64,000 nt of DNA from Candidatus Babelota bacterium (GTDB taxonomy: Bacteria; Babelota; Babeliae; Babelales; JAUPTZ01), in contig JAUPTZ010000006.1 of NCBI GenBank assembly GCA_030917815.1, positions 20,403 through 84,402 of the forward strand, in the 5' to 3' direction. Below, piece by piece: positions 9,387 to 18,836 of the stretch. Under the pieces are notes generated by a model that was given only the letters and a program-made list of their open reading frames with translations, was not told where the DNA came from and made no database searches. The position numbers and the translations under genes were made by a program. Numbering within the stretch: position 1 is the first letter of the stretch; each line of letters begins with the position of its first letter.

Positions 9387-11210
9387 ATGAAAAAAAACCT
9401 TATTCTCGTCGGCATAATAGTTCTGCAATCACCGCTCTTCGCCGCGGAAGCGGTCAGCAATTTCAGCGCTGGTCGAATAGTCAGCAGCTTGAAAAAAAAA
9501 ATACAGAAAACGATGGGCGATGATGAAGATCCGGTCGCCACGTTTACCGATACCTATCTAAGCACCTATGGGCTTGATCCCGCAACCGACCTTGCCGCAG
9601 AGCTGCAAAGCCTTAATAAAGGAAACATCACTCGCGACAATGCCTACAAAGCACGTATCGACACAGGAAGCAGTCAACTGATACCTACTTTCAAATGGTT
9701 CAGGCTGCCCACTGAACGGTATCTCTATCCGGACATTCCAAGCCAAGTAAAATCACTCAAACAAACAGCGTTCCTCTTAAACGGAGATCGGAACACCGAA
9801 GGCACCTTGGCATGGTTGTATGCGCAGAATCCATCAACTAAAACTCCTGACCGGACTACCGACATAACGGCGCTCAAAACGACCGTAGAACAAGATCGTG
9901 ACGCAATCGTTACTTACTTCGCCACCACGCTGAAGGTTCAGCCTAGCGACGCGGTAGCAACGTATGCGGCCAACCTCACCCAAGCTCTTACCGCCTGTAC
10001 CACCAGCAACCCGTACTACACCGACATACTAAAACCGCTTTCGGAACAGGTGCTCAGTGGTACGTACAATCCACTCATCGAGCCGCTCGGTAGTATGTGC
10101 GAACACTATGGCGCATTCTTTAAGCTCAAGCGTACCGATCCATCTTCGGTACTCAAAAAGCTCACTGCTGCTAATGGCGGCATGCGCACCCAGCTTAAAA
10201 ATGCACTCGATATCGTTAACAATAAATTAGCACAAAGTGCCCTCCTGGGGAGTGAAGTGTATGATATATCGGAAACGTTCCTCAGCTCAGGGGCTACCAT
10301 CCTGCAAGCACGGCTCATCGCCCTTGATATCGCCGGACAATGTAGCAGCGCTTATGCAATCCTGCTTCAAATCCTCACCGCATGCAAAGAACGTATGCCG
10401 GCTATCGCCACCGGTGACGGCAGCCAAGAACAGCTCATAGCCGATCGTTTACACTTGATGACTATAAGTGATCCAAGCGTATTAACTCTCGCTGGCATGT
10501 GTCAGAGCCTACGGGAGATAACCATTAACAAAACAACCTCTACCCGATTTTATAGCGATACGTATGCGTTTAACGTAAAGACAACAACCCGTAATTCAGA
10601 CGCAACGATCGTTGAAGGTACCGTGCAAAAATTTATTGCCGACACGCAAGACTCACAAGGGCTCTTGGTCGCACTCATGCGGGAAATTCCGGAAATTACC
10701 GACACCGATGAGATCAAAAATTTAGCCCCCAAAATAGGCGTTTTTTATCTTCTGTATACCGCATTTAATAATCAAGATGACTTTAACTATAGCGACACAC
10801 TCACCAAGCAATTTCCTGGCACTAAGCTTGCATCATCAACCGCCGATTCAAGTGATACATCGGTAGTTGAGGTGGTTGATTCCATCAATGAGACCAATAC
10901 CGTAATCAAAGAACCGAAAAGCCAAACATTTTCTTGCAATGTGACTGAGCATACCGACAAAAAAGTGGCGATCACCGCAGCCGAAGATACCGATTTAGCA
11001 ACCGTAACCGCTATCGCGTGTAGTAAAACTGACTGGACTGATAGCGAAGAAGCATTCAATTTAAGAATAACTATTAACGGCACCGAAAAGTATTCCGCTG
11101 CGACTTCGGACGATGCTAAAACCTGCACCCTCAACCTTGATAAAGCCACCGATAGTCCCCCTGCCGATGTCTCAAGCTATACCGTCATCTATACGAAAGA
11201 AGCCGCATGA
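9387..11210 (+). CDS. Secreted hypothetical protein (607 aa)
   Basis: Signal peptide MKKNLILVGIIVLQSPLFAAEA. The stop overlaps the next start (ATGA at 11207-11210). The C-terminus is ...YTKEAA. Confidence 0.85.
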   Translation: MKKNLILVGIIVLQSPLFAAEAVSNFSAGRIVSSLKKKIQKTMGDDEDPVATFTDTYLSTYGLDPATDLAAELQSLNKGNITRDNAYKARIDTGSSQLIPTFKWFRLPTERYLYPDIPSQVKSLKQTAFLLNGDRNTEGTLAWLYAQNPSTKTPDRTTDITALKTTVEQDRDAIVTYFATTLKVQPSDAVATYAANLTQALTACTTSNPYYTDILKPLSEQVLSGTYNPLIEPLGSMCEHYGAFFKLKRTDPSSVLKKLTAANGGMRTQLKNALDIVNNKLAQSALLGSEVYDISETFLSSGATILQARLIALDIAGQCSSAYAILLQILTACKERMPAIATGDGSQEQLIADRLHLMTISDPSVLTLAGMCQSLREITINKTTSTRFYSDTYAFNVKTTTRNSDATIVEGTVQKFIADTQDSQGLLVALMREIPEITDTDEIKNLAPKIGVFYLLYTAFNNQDDFNYSDTLTKQFPGTKLASSTADSSDTSVVEVVDSINETNTVIKEPKSQTFSCNVTEHTDKKVAITAAEDTDLATVTAIACSKTDWTDSEEAFNLRITINGTEKYSAATSDDAKTCTLNLDKATDSPPADVSSYTVIYTKEAA

Positions 11211-12922
11211 ACACACACATAATCCTCCTGCTCGCCTCAATCTTCTGGTTACCTAGCACGTTCGCTATGATGCCCTATCAACAGCCCACCGGCGTTTTTG
11301 GCGCGCTTGCCGCACGCCATGACCTGGAGAATCGCAAAGATGCACGCCAAGGACAATCGGAAGGCATCGCCAACATTGAGAAAGAAGTACACCGCTTTAC
11401 CCTGTGGCTTGGCGAAGAAAAGATATTAGATTTATACAAAGATACCTGTGCACAATATAACGCAAATCTCGCGATCGAAAGCAACTACGTAAAGTATATT
11501 CAAACAGCCTCAACCAGTAGCCTTGTACGAGCCCCTGCCGGTTATCGCCTTGCCGAATATCGCCCTATTTTCCCCAAGCTCAGCGATATCATGGATAAAT
11601 ACGAAAAAATACAAAGCATTCTCGCAACGCACAAGGAACTCGGTGCCAGCACGCTCATGTACAAATTAACGTCGTGCAAGCGAATCGTAGAATTAGTCGA
11701 TTTGATCACCGACTATGAAGGAAAGTACATCGTACCGCGTGATCCGCGTGATATACCTGCCGGGCCTGACATAAAAGCACGCCTCGAGAAACAAAAAGCG
11801 CTCGTTGACAATGCCCAAGCAAAAATAAGCACCATACGCGATGGCCTATCGCTCTATCTCTCAGTAATGGGTATTGCGCAAGATGGCCTCGCAGACGACC
11901 TCCATGATCTCCGTGATATGGCCAAAGATGTTGAAGATATTTTGGATTCAGAAGAGGTCACCGGAAAAAAACTAGATGGCGGTAGATCTTTTGGAGAACA
12001 AATTGCCAACCTCATTTCTGACCGCTATGCAACCGGTCCCGACCCAAAATTAAACCCCTTTTTAATGCCTATAGCCGGCCCATCTGATAGATTCATTGGC
12101 GTTCCCTTGAGCGATCTAAAACAAGAGATAATCGTCTATCGCTCATCGCTCCTCACCGCAGCCGAAAAAATCCGAAAAAAAGCGGTCCCTAAGGAAAGTA
12201 TTCTTGATAAAACAACACCAACCAAACCAAATGAGTATTTTAATGAAGGAATGATTCCACCGGCCATGGATCGCCTAGAAAATGGCACCATGGTGCACCG
12301 TGCCATGGCACCGGGCTATCTTGGTTACTGGTTACAACGCATTGTAGACCGATTACACGAAATCACCCTCCTTGGTACCGATATCATTGATGGGCGCCTT
12401 CAGCTCTTGAATATTCAAAAAAAACTTAATGATGGCTGCCTCACTACATGCACCACACTCTTCAATACACTTACCAACGAAGCGATTATCAAAGATTGCA
12501 CCGCTACGAACATAAACATTGCCCATATTACCGCAGCACTCCAAGAAAATGAGGAGGGCATTGCCGACGTACAAAAAGCAACCGGTCAGACATGCCAAAG
12601 CATACTGGGCAGCGCTACAAAAACACTAACGACGCTTCAAAAAGATGTTCCGCTTCTTTTTTCGGTACGGATCGACAAAACGCCGGATGCGCGTCCGGTT
12701 ATTGAATTGTATAAACTACGCCGCACCCTTCTCATACTCTCACTACTCAATGCACTGGCAAATAAGAAGCCATTTAGCCCTTCAACCTACACCAGTGATG
12801 TGTTTGGCGCAGTGCCGGCATCGCTCTTCCCAGCCATTGAAGGCTTATCAGAGGCACCGGCCGGTAAAGCTCCAATAAGCGATGATACCCACGTAGGTGA
12901 GAGCGATGCTGAAGCGGTTTAA
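11207..12922 (+). CDS. Secreted hypothetical protein (571 aa)
   Basis: ATGA overlap with the upstream gene. Signal peptide MNTHIILLLASIFWLPSTFA. The C-terminus is ...DAEAV. Confidence 0.85.
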   Translation: MNTHIILLLASIFWLPSTFAMMPYQQPTGVFGALAARHDLENRKDARQGQSEGIANIEKEVHRFTLWLGEEKILDLYKDTCAQYNANLAIESNYVKYIQTASTSSLVRAPAGYRLAEYRPIFPKLSDIMDKYEKIQSILATHKELGASTLMYKLTSCKRIVELVDLITDYEGKYIVPRDPRDIPAGPDIKARLEKQKALVDNAQAKISTIRDGLSLYLSVMGIAQDGLADDLHDLRDMAKDVEDILDSEEVTGKKLDGGRSFGEQIANLISDRYATGPDPKLNPFLMPIAGPSDRFIGVPLSDLKQEIIVYRSSLLTAAEKIRKKAVPKESILDKTTPTKPNEYFNEGMIPPAMDRLENGTMVHRAMAPGYLGYWLQRIVDRLHEITLLGTDIIDGRLQLLNIQKKLNDGCLTTCTTLFNTLTNEAIIKDCTATNINIAHITAALQENEEGIADVQKATGQTCQSILGSATKTLTTLQKDVPLLFSVRIDKTPDARPVIELYKLRRTLLILSLLNALANKKPFSPSTYTSDVFGAVPASLFPAIEGLSEAPAGKAPISDDTHVGESDAEAV

Positions 12923-14339
12923 CTATCTTTTTCTCTTCTTCATACTCTTTCTGAATCCATGCAATACCCTTGCTGCCACAACCGCTCCACAGCACGGCAA
13001 TCTCTTTAGCCATTTTTGGGGTATTGCCGAAACTATTAATAAAATAGAAACGCGGGCGTTTCGTACCATTCCCTTAGCAACCATTGTCGAAGAAGGGCTC
13101 CGTGCAATGGTCAACAAAGTCGATGCACACTCGGCATTCTTTAGCCCTCGCAGCTATCAAACAACGGTTGAACTTGCCTCAGGCCATTTCCCCGGGATTG
13201 GTATCAGCGTTATTAGCAAAGAGACCGATGCCGACTCGCTGCTGGTGGTTGATACTATGCGTGGTGGACCGGCCGATCTGGGCGGCATAAAAAGTGGCGA
13301 TGCCATCATAAAAATTGATGGTCAGCGTCTCCGCGGGCTTACCTCAGATGAGGTCATTAACAAACTCAAGGGACCGATTGATACCATGGTGCGCGTCACC
13401 GTAATGCGAGAAAAAAAACCGCTCAAATTCAAACTCATCCGCAAGCTCATTCATGACCGAAGCGTGTATGCCTATCAGTTGCCACAACAGAATATTACCT
13501 ATATTGCTATCAAATCATTCTCCGACAAAACACCGGAGCACGTTGAATCTTTTTTGCGCACGGCGGAGAAGAAAAAAAGTAATGGCATCATCTTGGATAT
13601 GCGTAAAAATCCGGGTGGTGTCGTCGAAGCGGCCGTAAAAACAGCCGGCCTCTTTCTTCCCGATCAATCGGTAGTAGTGCGCACTAAAAATAATAAAAAA
13701 GAAACGGTTGGTACCTACACAACTAATGGTACACCGCTCTATACAGGCCAGGTACCGCTGTTTGTACTGATCGACAATTTTACCGCGTCGGCCGCCGAGA
13801 TTGTCACCGGCTGCTTACAACATCACGCCCGATTATTAAACCTCCCTATTTTTGTTATCGGTATGCCATCATATGGCAAAGGATCGGTTCAGGAAGTAAT
13901 TCCTCTCCATAACGGCTGCGCAATAAAGCTAACCGTTCTCCTCTATTACCTCCCTAACGAACAATGCATTCAGGCGCTGGGTATTACACCAGATATTATC
14001 GCCAAGCCAAAAGCGGTACCAGCTCAAGAACTTAAATGGGTAGAAGAATTGTATGGTAAAGAAACGGCGCTCACCAACCACATCACACGGGAAGAGGTTG
14101 AGGGCAAACCGGCACCGATAGCAACACCCCCGATCGAAGTATCTGACCGGCCACCGCTTGACGTAGAAGTAGAATTTATAAAAAAATTAACCAACGATTA
14201 CGTCATCCATGCCGGACTAACTATGGCTAACGTATGGACTCTTGGGCACCGTACATCACCTATGCCTACTCATGACGCGGCTTTAGCCTTTTTGAAGAAG
14301 ACGGTCGTTACCGAGCCATTTGAAGTAGAGAAGCTATAG
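12906..14339 (+). CDS. ctp: S41 family C-terminal processing (tail-specific) protease with a PDZ domain
   Basis: PDZ-like GGPADLGGIKSGDAIIKIDGQRL. S41 motifs DMRKNPGGVVEAA, LIDNFTASAAEIV (Ser) and SYGKGSVQ (Lys). Signal peptide MLKRFNYLFLFFILFLNPCNTLAA. It overlaps the upstream gene by 17 nt. GTG at 12897 is an alternative start. Confidence 0.9.
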   Translation: MLKRFNYLFLFFILFLNPCNTLAATTAPQHGNLFSHFWGIAETINKIETRAFRTIPLATIVEEGLRAMVNKVDAHSAFFSPRSYQTTVELASGHFPGIGISVISKETDADSLLVVDTMRGGPADLGGIKSGDAIIKIDGQRLRGLTSDEVINKLKGPIDTMVRVTVMREKKPLKFKLIRKLIHDRSVYAYQLPQQNITYIAIKSFSDKTPEHVESFLRTAEKKKSNGIILDMRKNPGGVVEAAVKTAGLFLPDQSVVVRTKNNKKETVGTYTTNGTPLYTGQVPLFVLIDNFTASAAEIVTGCLQHHARLLNLPIFVIGMPSYGKGSVQEVIPLHNGCAIKLTVLLYYLPNEQCIQALGITPDIIAKPKAVPAQELKWVEELYGKETALTNHITREEVEGKPAPIATPPIEVSDRPPLDVEVEFIKKLTNDYVIHAGLTMANVWTLGHRTSPMPTHDAALAFLKKTVVTEPFEVEKL

Positions 14340-14385
14340 TGATAAACTTGTCGCTCATTTCTCTGCATGAGCCAAGGATTTAAAC

Positions 14386-15186
14386 ATGTATAAAAAATTA
14401 GGCCTACTCGTTCTTGTCACTGCTGCCGTTGCTATTGGATACTTCAAGCTTCATCACGCATCGGCGCCCAACGCACCAATCGAAGAGGTACGTGACACCC
14501 TGGTCGTTGGTACCAATGTTGGCTACGCACCCTTTATCTTCACCGACGAAACCGGCGCCATTGTCGGTTTCGATGCCGACGTAGCGGCCGCACTTGCCAA
14601 AAAACTTCACAAAAAGTTAGTTATCAAAGACATGGCATTTGATGCACTGCTCTTAGCGCTCATGCACGGATCGATCGATGTGATTATTGGCGGAATTTCT
14701 CTGACTAAAACCAGACAAAAAACCGGGCTCATGACCAGTTATTACGGTGACAAGGTTGACCGGGTTGCCTGTTTCTACCGCGATGATCGACCATTGACCG
14801 GCCTCACGCTCACCGAGATGGGTGAACGTGGACTCCATGTATGCACACAAGCCGGCTCTATTTTTGAAGAAATTTTGGCTCAACATCCCGGCATCATCAT
14901 AAAAACATTGCCCGATATCAGTGACATCTGCATGGAAGTAGCCCATAACGGATCGGACATGGGCATGCTTGATGTCGACTCGGTTAATTCGATCGTCAAA
15001 ACACAAAAAACATTACGCATGCATGAGGTAGGGGTACCGGCCGACCAAATAATAGATGGCTTTGGCATTGGCATTACGCCAACCAAACCGGCATTACGCG
15101 AAGCAATTGTACAGGCAATCGATACGCTCAAAGCAGATGGCACCATTGCCAACCTAGCCACCCACTGGTTTACCAAAGGACACTAA
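14386..15186 (+). CDS. Polar amino-acid ABC transporter, periplasmic substrate-binding protein (SBP family 3)
   Basis: LVVGTNVGYAPFIF..GFDADVAAALAKKL...IIGGISLT is the typical GlnH/ArtJ-type pattern. AAGGA lies 8 nt upstream of the ATG. Confidence 0.85.
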   Translation: MYKKLGLLVLVTAAVAIGYFKLHHASAPNAPIEEVRDTLVVGTNVGYAPFIFTDETGAIVGFDADVAAALAKKLHKKLVIKDMAFDALLLALMHGSIDVIIGGISLTKTRQKTGLMTSYYGDKVDRVACFYRDDRPLTGLTLTEMGERGLHVCTQAGSIFEEILAQHPGIIIKTLPDISDICMEVAHNGSDMGMLDVDSVNSIVKTQKTLRMHEVGVPADQIIDGFGIGITPTKPALREAIVQAIDTLKADGTIANLATHWFTKGH

Positions 15187-15187
15187 G

Positions 15188-15835
15188 ATGAACCCTATGC
15201 TTTCATTATTTATCTCCGGCACCCTTACTACCCTCTGGGTTGCCTTTGTTGGTTTATGCATCGGCATGACGCTCGGATGCATTGCCGGTATTATGAGCTC
15301 ACGACGTATCACTTCACCGTTCATCGCCCGTGCGATACAGGCCTATGTCTTTGTTATGCAAGGCACACCGCTTTACGTCCAGCTACTTCTCATGTGTTTC
15401 GCCTTACCACAGATCCTTAATGCCCAAATTTCACCGCTTACGGCCGGTATCATTACGATCGGCATGAACTCGGTGGCCTATGTTGCCCAAATCGTGCGTG
15501 GCGGCATCAACAGCATCCCGGCCGGGCAATGGGAAGCGGCCTATGTCCTGGGCTACTCACAACGGGCAACGCTCTGGTATATCATTCTTCCCCAAATGGT
15601 ACGCACCGTGCTCCCTTCACTCATTAACGAAACAATTTCACTGGTCAAAGAAACCAGCATTATGGGCGCCGTAGGCATTGTAGAACTAACCAAGGTAGCT
15701 AAAGACACGGTAAGCCGTACGCTTGAACCACAATGGTTTCTCATTGCTGCCGGCATATATTTAGCGATCACCGGATTACTCGGGATTGCGGCACACGCAC
15801 TTGAACGAAAGTTTGACTATGATAAAGGGTTGTAA
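15188..15835 (+). CDS. Polar amino-acid ABC transporter permease
   Basis: Multi-TM protein with the EAA-type loop GQWEAAYVLGYSQRATLWYIILPQ. It starts 2 nt after the SBP gene stop. Confidence 0.9.
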   Translation: MNPMLSLFISGTLTTLWVAFVGLCIGMTLGCIAGIMSSRRITSPFIARAIQAYVFVMQGTPLYVQLLLMCFALPQILNAQISPLTAGIITIGMNSVAYVAQIVRGGINSIPAGQWEAAYVLGYSQRATLWYIILPQMVRTVLPSLINETISLVKETSIMGAVGIVELTKVAKDTVSRTLEPQWFLIAAGIYLAITGLLGIAAHALERKFDYDKGL

Positions 15836-16538
15836 TGTATCGCTCTCGTATACCCACGACGGCACGCCACGCATCGTCTTAAACAACGTCTCTTTTGAGA
15901 TTCCTAAAGGCCGAATAACCGCTTTTGTGGGCCGCAGTGGTGCCGGAAAAACCTCAATCCTCCGGTGCTGTGCCCACCTCACCACAAGTTACCGCGGCAC
16001 GATTACACTACAAGATCGCCCGGTCGCTTCGTACGACAATCAAGAACGGGTGCATACGGTCGGGTTTGTATTCCAACAATTCAATCTCTTTCCGCATATG
16101 ACCATTATGGAGAATTGCACCGCCGCATTACGCTATGAAGGACGACTTTCTGAGGCGGCCATTGTTGATCGCGCAACCGAATTGCTCACCCTCGTTGGCA
16201 TGCGGGAATATGCTTCTCGCCACCCTCACCAACTCTCCGGTGGCCAGCAGCAACGAGTAGCGATTGCGCGGGCCTTAATGCTCAAGCCATCGGTATTGTT
16301 ATTTGATGAACCAACCTCGGCACTTGACCAGGAAAGCACCACGATGCTGGCAACGGTACTCAAAAATTTGCTGCAAAACGGCATCACCGTAGCCTATGCA
16401 AGTCATGACATGCAGTTTATTGCGGCAACCCGTGACCGTGTCTATTTGATGGAGCACGGGACGATTATAGAAGCGTATAATAGCGCGACGCAGGAAATGA
16501 GTGACGCGCCGCGTATTGCGACTTTTTTACAACAATAG
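15819..16538 (+). CDS. Polar amino-acid ABC transporter ATP-binding protein
   Basis: Walker [10 protein letters not shown], signature [15 protein letters not shown] and Walker [12 protein letters not shown]. The ATG overlaps the permease stop. The ORF-track TTG start at 15786 is less likely. Confidence 0.9.
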   Translation: MIKGCNVSLSYTHDGTPRIVLNNVSFEIPKGRITAFVGRSGAGKTSILRCCAHLTTSYRGTITLQDRPVASYDNQERVHTVGFVFQQFNLFPHMTIMENCTAALRYEGRLSEAAIVDRATELLTLVGMREYASRHPHQLSGGQQQRVAIARALMLKPSVLLFDEPTSALDQESTTMLATVLKNLLQNGITVAYASHDMQFIAATRDRVYLMEHGTIIEAYNSATQEMSDAPRIATFLQQ

Positions 16539-16607
16539 TTAGCGTGCGGTAGCGAACCAGGGCTACGTAAGTCGGGGTACTCTGGCTTACGCCCTCCGAA
16601 GCAAGTT

Positions 16608-16645
16608 CTTGCGCGCCGCCCACCACATACGCTACGTTACATCGG
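16608..16645. repeat. Degenerate REP-like repeat copy (subtype A-like)
   Basis: cgcgccgcccaccacatacgctacgttacatcggc aligns imperfectly with cgccacccgccacgctacgctcgcggtcgc. It lies just upstream of the intact GIY-YIG gene. Confidence 0.4.
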
Positions 16646-16695
16646 CATTACCGGCATAGCGGATGCGGCACGGAGCTTTCATCGAAGGCTCCATT

Positions 16696-16986
16696 ATGAA
16701 AACAATTCCGGCCGTCTACATTATGGCGAGCGCTCGAGATGGCGCTATCCATGTGGGTGTTACCGCACATCTTATTGACCGCATAACGGCGCAACAAGGC
16801 AATGGATATATCCTCGTCTATGTTGAATTTCATCGACGCGTTGGCGACGCCCTTGCGCGCGAAAAACAGCTCAAAGGCGGCTCTCGAGACAAAAAAATAG
16901 CGCTCATTGAGCGCTTAAATCCTGCATGGAACGATTTGTATGATACGATGCTTTTTGCATTTCGCTTCTACGGAGCAGAGGAATAA
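16696..16986 (+). CDS. Small stand-alone GIY-YIG nuclease family protein (96 aa)
   Basis: MKTIPAVYIMASARDGAIHVGVTAHLIDRI...REKQLKGGSRDKKIALIERLNPAWNDLY is the GIY-YIG / UPF0213-like layout. GAAGG lies 8 nt upstream of the ATG. Confidence 0.85.
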   Translation: MKTIPAVYIMASARDGAIHVGVTAHLIDRITAQQGNGYILVYVEFHRRVGDALAREKQLKGGSRDKKIALIERLNPAWNDLYDTMLFAFRFYGAEE

Positions 16987-17017
16987 TGTTGGTATGATCA
17001 CTGCGAGCATCAAAAGA

Positions 17018-17094
<77 letters not shown>

Positions 17095-17127
17095 GGATAT
17101 TAATCAGATTATGATAGGTAAAAAAAA

Positions 17128-17203
17128 TGGTCGGGGTGGTCAGACTCGAACCGACGACCCCTCGCTCCCAAAGCGAGTGCGCTACCAACTGCGCCACACC
17201 CCG
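17128..17203 (-). tRNA. tRNA-Pro (anticodon TGG), CCA encoded
   Basis: Reverse complement: cggggtgtggcgcagttggtagcgcactcgctttgggagcgaggggtcgtcggttcgagtctgaccaccccgacca. Acceptor cggggtg/caccccg, anticodon loop tt-TGG-ga. Confidence 0.93.
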
Positions 17204-17235
17204 ACAAATTTTTACTCATAAAGATTTAAGAACAA

Positions 17236-17312
17236 TGGGGTGAATGACGGGGCTCGAACCCGCGACACCCAGAACCACAATCTGGTGCTCTACCAGCTGA
17301 GCTACATCCACC
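17236..17312 (-). tRNA. tRNA-His (anticodon GTG) with G-1:C73, CCA encoded
   Basis: Reverse complement: ggtggatgtagctcagctggtagagcaccagattgtggttctgggtgtcgcgggttcgagccccgtcattcacccca. The extra 5' G pairs with discriminator C, which is the His identity element. Confidence 0.93.
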
Positions 17313-17350
17313 GCGATCTTTTTAAAAGAACTTTCCCAAAGGGAGAGAGT

Positions 17351-17356
17351 ATTATA
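17351..17356 (-). promoter_or_regulatory. Possible -10 box (TATAAT) for the tRNA-His/Pro/Arg operon
   Basis: A perfect TATAAT on the minus strand lies ~40 nt upstream of tRNA-His. I found no good -35 at 17 +/- 1 nt. Confidence 0.3.
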
Positions 17357-17401
17357 CGGAAATTTCCTTAAAAAGAAAGAGCTGACAAGAAAAAAAATGA
17401 T

Positions 17402-18460
17402 TTATCTGGCAGTAGTATGCGAAAACCGGCGAAGTAACCAATCTCTAATCCTAATCGCGGCCACTTTTCCCTGCGCCAGTGCTTTTCGCCATGCCGATTT
17501 AGGCCCGCGCGCATACTCATCGGCTATAAGCACTGCCACAATAACCGTACTGAGGATAGCGGTCGCCTTTAATGCGGTAAGCCCACCCTCATTTTCTTCT
17601 GCTTGAGCCTCATCCTTTAACGTGGCAACGGTAGCCGGAGTCACCGCAACCGTAACCGGTGTTTGTGTTGGGACCACAGTCGGCGCCAATGGCCGCTGAG
17701 GTTTTGGTTGCACTAGAGGTGCCACGGCCGGCATAAGCTCCTCTGGCACCGGTATATGATCAGCACCAGGCTTTTTAAGCATTAAAACAGTCTCTGCCCC
17801 ATGCCGAACTTCAAGAATGTCGGCCATCGAAACAACCGGATCTTGATGCTGCAACACCGGCGGCGTTGCTACGGGTAACGTTACTACGGGTAGCGTTACT
17901 GCCGGTTGCACTGGTACTGGTGGCAACGGTGCCGGTACTAACTCATTGGCCTTTGCGCGAAGCAGTTGAAGCCATGATGTCCGTGTTGCGGCATCATCAG
18001 CGGCCGTAATAGCCATGCCGGTACGAGCCACAAAGCCACTAGCCGGCGTTGAGGCTAACGTAGCAACCTGCTGCATAACCTCGATCAACGGTTGAAACTC
18101 ATCGCCTAACTTTGGCTGCTTTGTTTTAGCATCAATGGCCGTTCTTTTTTGCGCAAGCGCCTTAATAACCGCCTGATACACCTCACCATGGGTCGGCTGA
18201 TTTTTTTTCCCCTGCTGCCATGGTTGCCCCCAACAGGCCGGTTCGTTGAGAACTTTTGTGGTCAACTGGATAGCAATATCAACGAGTTTCTCTCGTTCAT
18301 AATGATGCTTTTTTCCCATAGTTGAATCCATAAGAAGTTCATCTTTAATAATAACCGAACGCGGTAGCGCAGCTTGAACCGGATCGCCAGCCCACTCAGA
18401 TGCTGCGTGAATCGTCCCTAACAACCCACAGAGAATGCCCAATACTATCATCTTATTCAT
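17402..18460 (-). CDS. Exported hypothetical protein (352 aa) with a Pro/Val/Thr-rich linker and a C-terminal TM anchor
   Basis: Signal peptide MNKMIVLGILCGLLGTIHAAS, SD-like GAGGGGG upstream, and a C-terminal hydrophobic segment ILSTVIVAVLIA. Confidence 0.85.
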   Translation of the reverse strand: MNKMIVLGILCGLLGTIHAASEWAGDPVQAALPRSVIIKDELLMDSTMGKKHHYEREKLVDIAIQLTTKVLNEPACWGQPWQQGKKNQPTHGEVYQAVIKALAQKRTAIDAKTKQPKLGDEFQPLIEVMQQVATLASTPASGFVARTGMAITAADDAATRTSWLQLLRAKANELVPAPLPPVPVQPAVTLPVVTLPVATPPVLQHQDPVVSMADILEVRHGAETVLMLKKPGADHIPVPEELMPAVAPLVQPKPQRPLAPTVVPTQTPVTVAVTPATVATLKDEAQAEENEGGLTALKATAILSTVIVAVLIADEYARGPKSAWRKALAQGKVAAIRIRDWLLRRFSHTTAR

Positions 18461-18692
18461 AAGTTCCCCCTCTTAGCCCCAGTAGTTTTCTTCGACACAC
18501 TAGACAGTGTATTATCTCTAGTCTACCGAACTCACCGTGGTAAAAAGAACGCTTTGACACCGGGAGGCAAAAAAGGCCGGTGAGATAGGGCCGTTGTGCC
18601 GAAGCCCTCTTGATCTACGATTAACTCCCTAGAGCAGTATGTCGTCATCACGAGGAGTGAAGCGACTCAGACTATTCGCTATGCATTACTCA

Positions 18693-18741
18693 CTGGATTG
18701 CCACGAGCCATAGTCTGGCTCTCGCAATGACGGCTTTCGCC
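18693..18741. repeat. REP-like double-hairpin repeat, subtype B, forward orientation
   Basis: ctggattgccacgagccatagtctggctctcgcaatgac + cggc-tttc-gccg. A degenerate inverted partner (gtcatcacgaggagtgaagcgactc) sits at ~18643-18670. Confidence 0.8.
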
Positions 18742-18774
18742 GATCAATGGACTTAAATCATAAGGCATTACAAA

Positions 18775-18808
18775 GAAGAAGGCCTCGGTTTTCACCGAGG
18801 CCTTCTTC
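18775..18808 (-). terminator. Rho-independent terminator hairpin downstream of the 18837-19895 gene
   Basis: Perfect 14-bp stem gaagaaggcctcgg / ccgaggccttcttc with a 6-nt loop. It is followed on the minus strand by a T-rich stretch. Confidence 0.75.
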
Positions 18809-18836
18809 AACAGAGTAGGAATAATTTGAGTAGTAA

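Noticed and set aside
17800-17940. Short in-frame tandem repeats in exported genes as VNTR or contingency loci: acgggtaacgttact/acgggtagcgttact in the 17402 gene, the KPVET repeat at ~19776-19830, and the VEEPKPTAT repeat at ~20793-20905
   Set aside because: Each has only two imperfect copies, all in frame and encoding Pro/Thr/Val linkers. This is ordinary linker duplication and is not evidence of hypermutable repeats.
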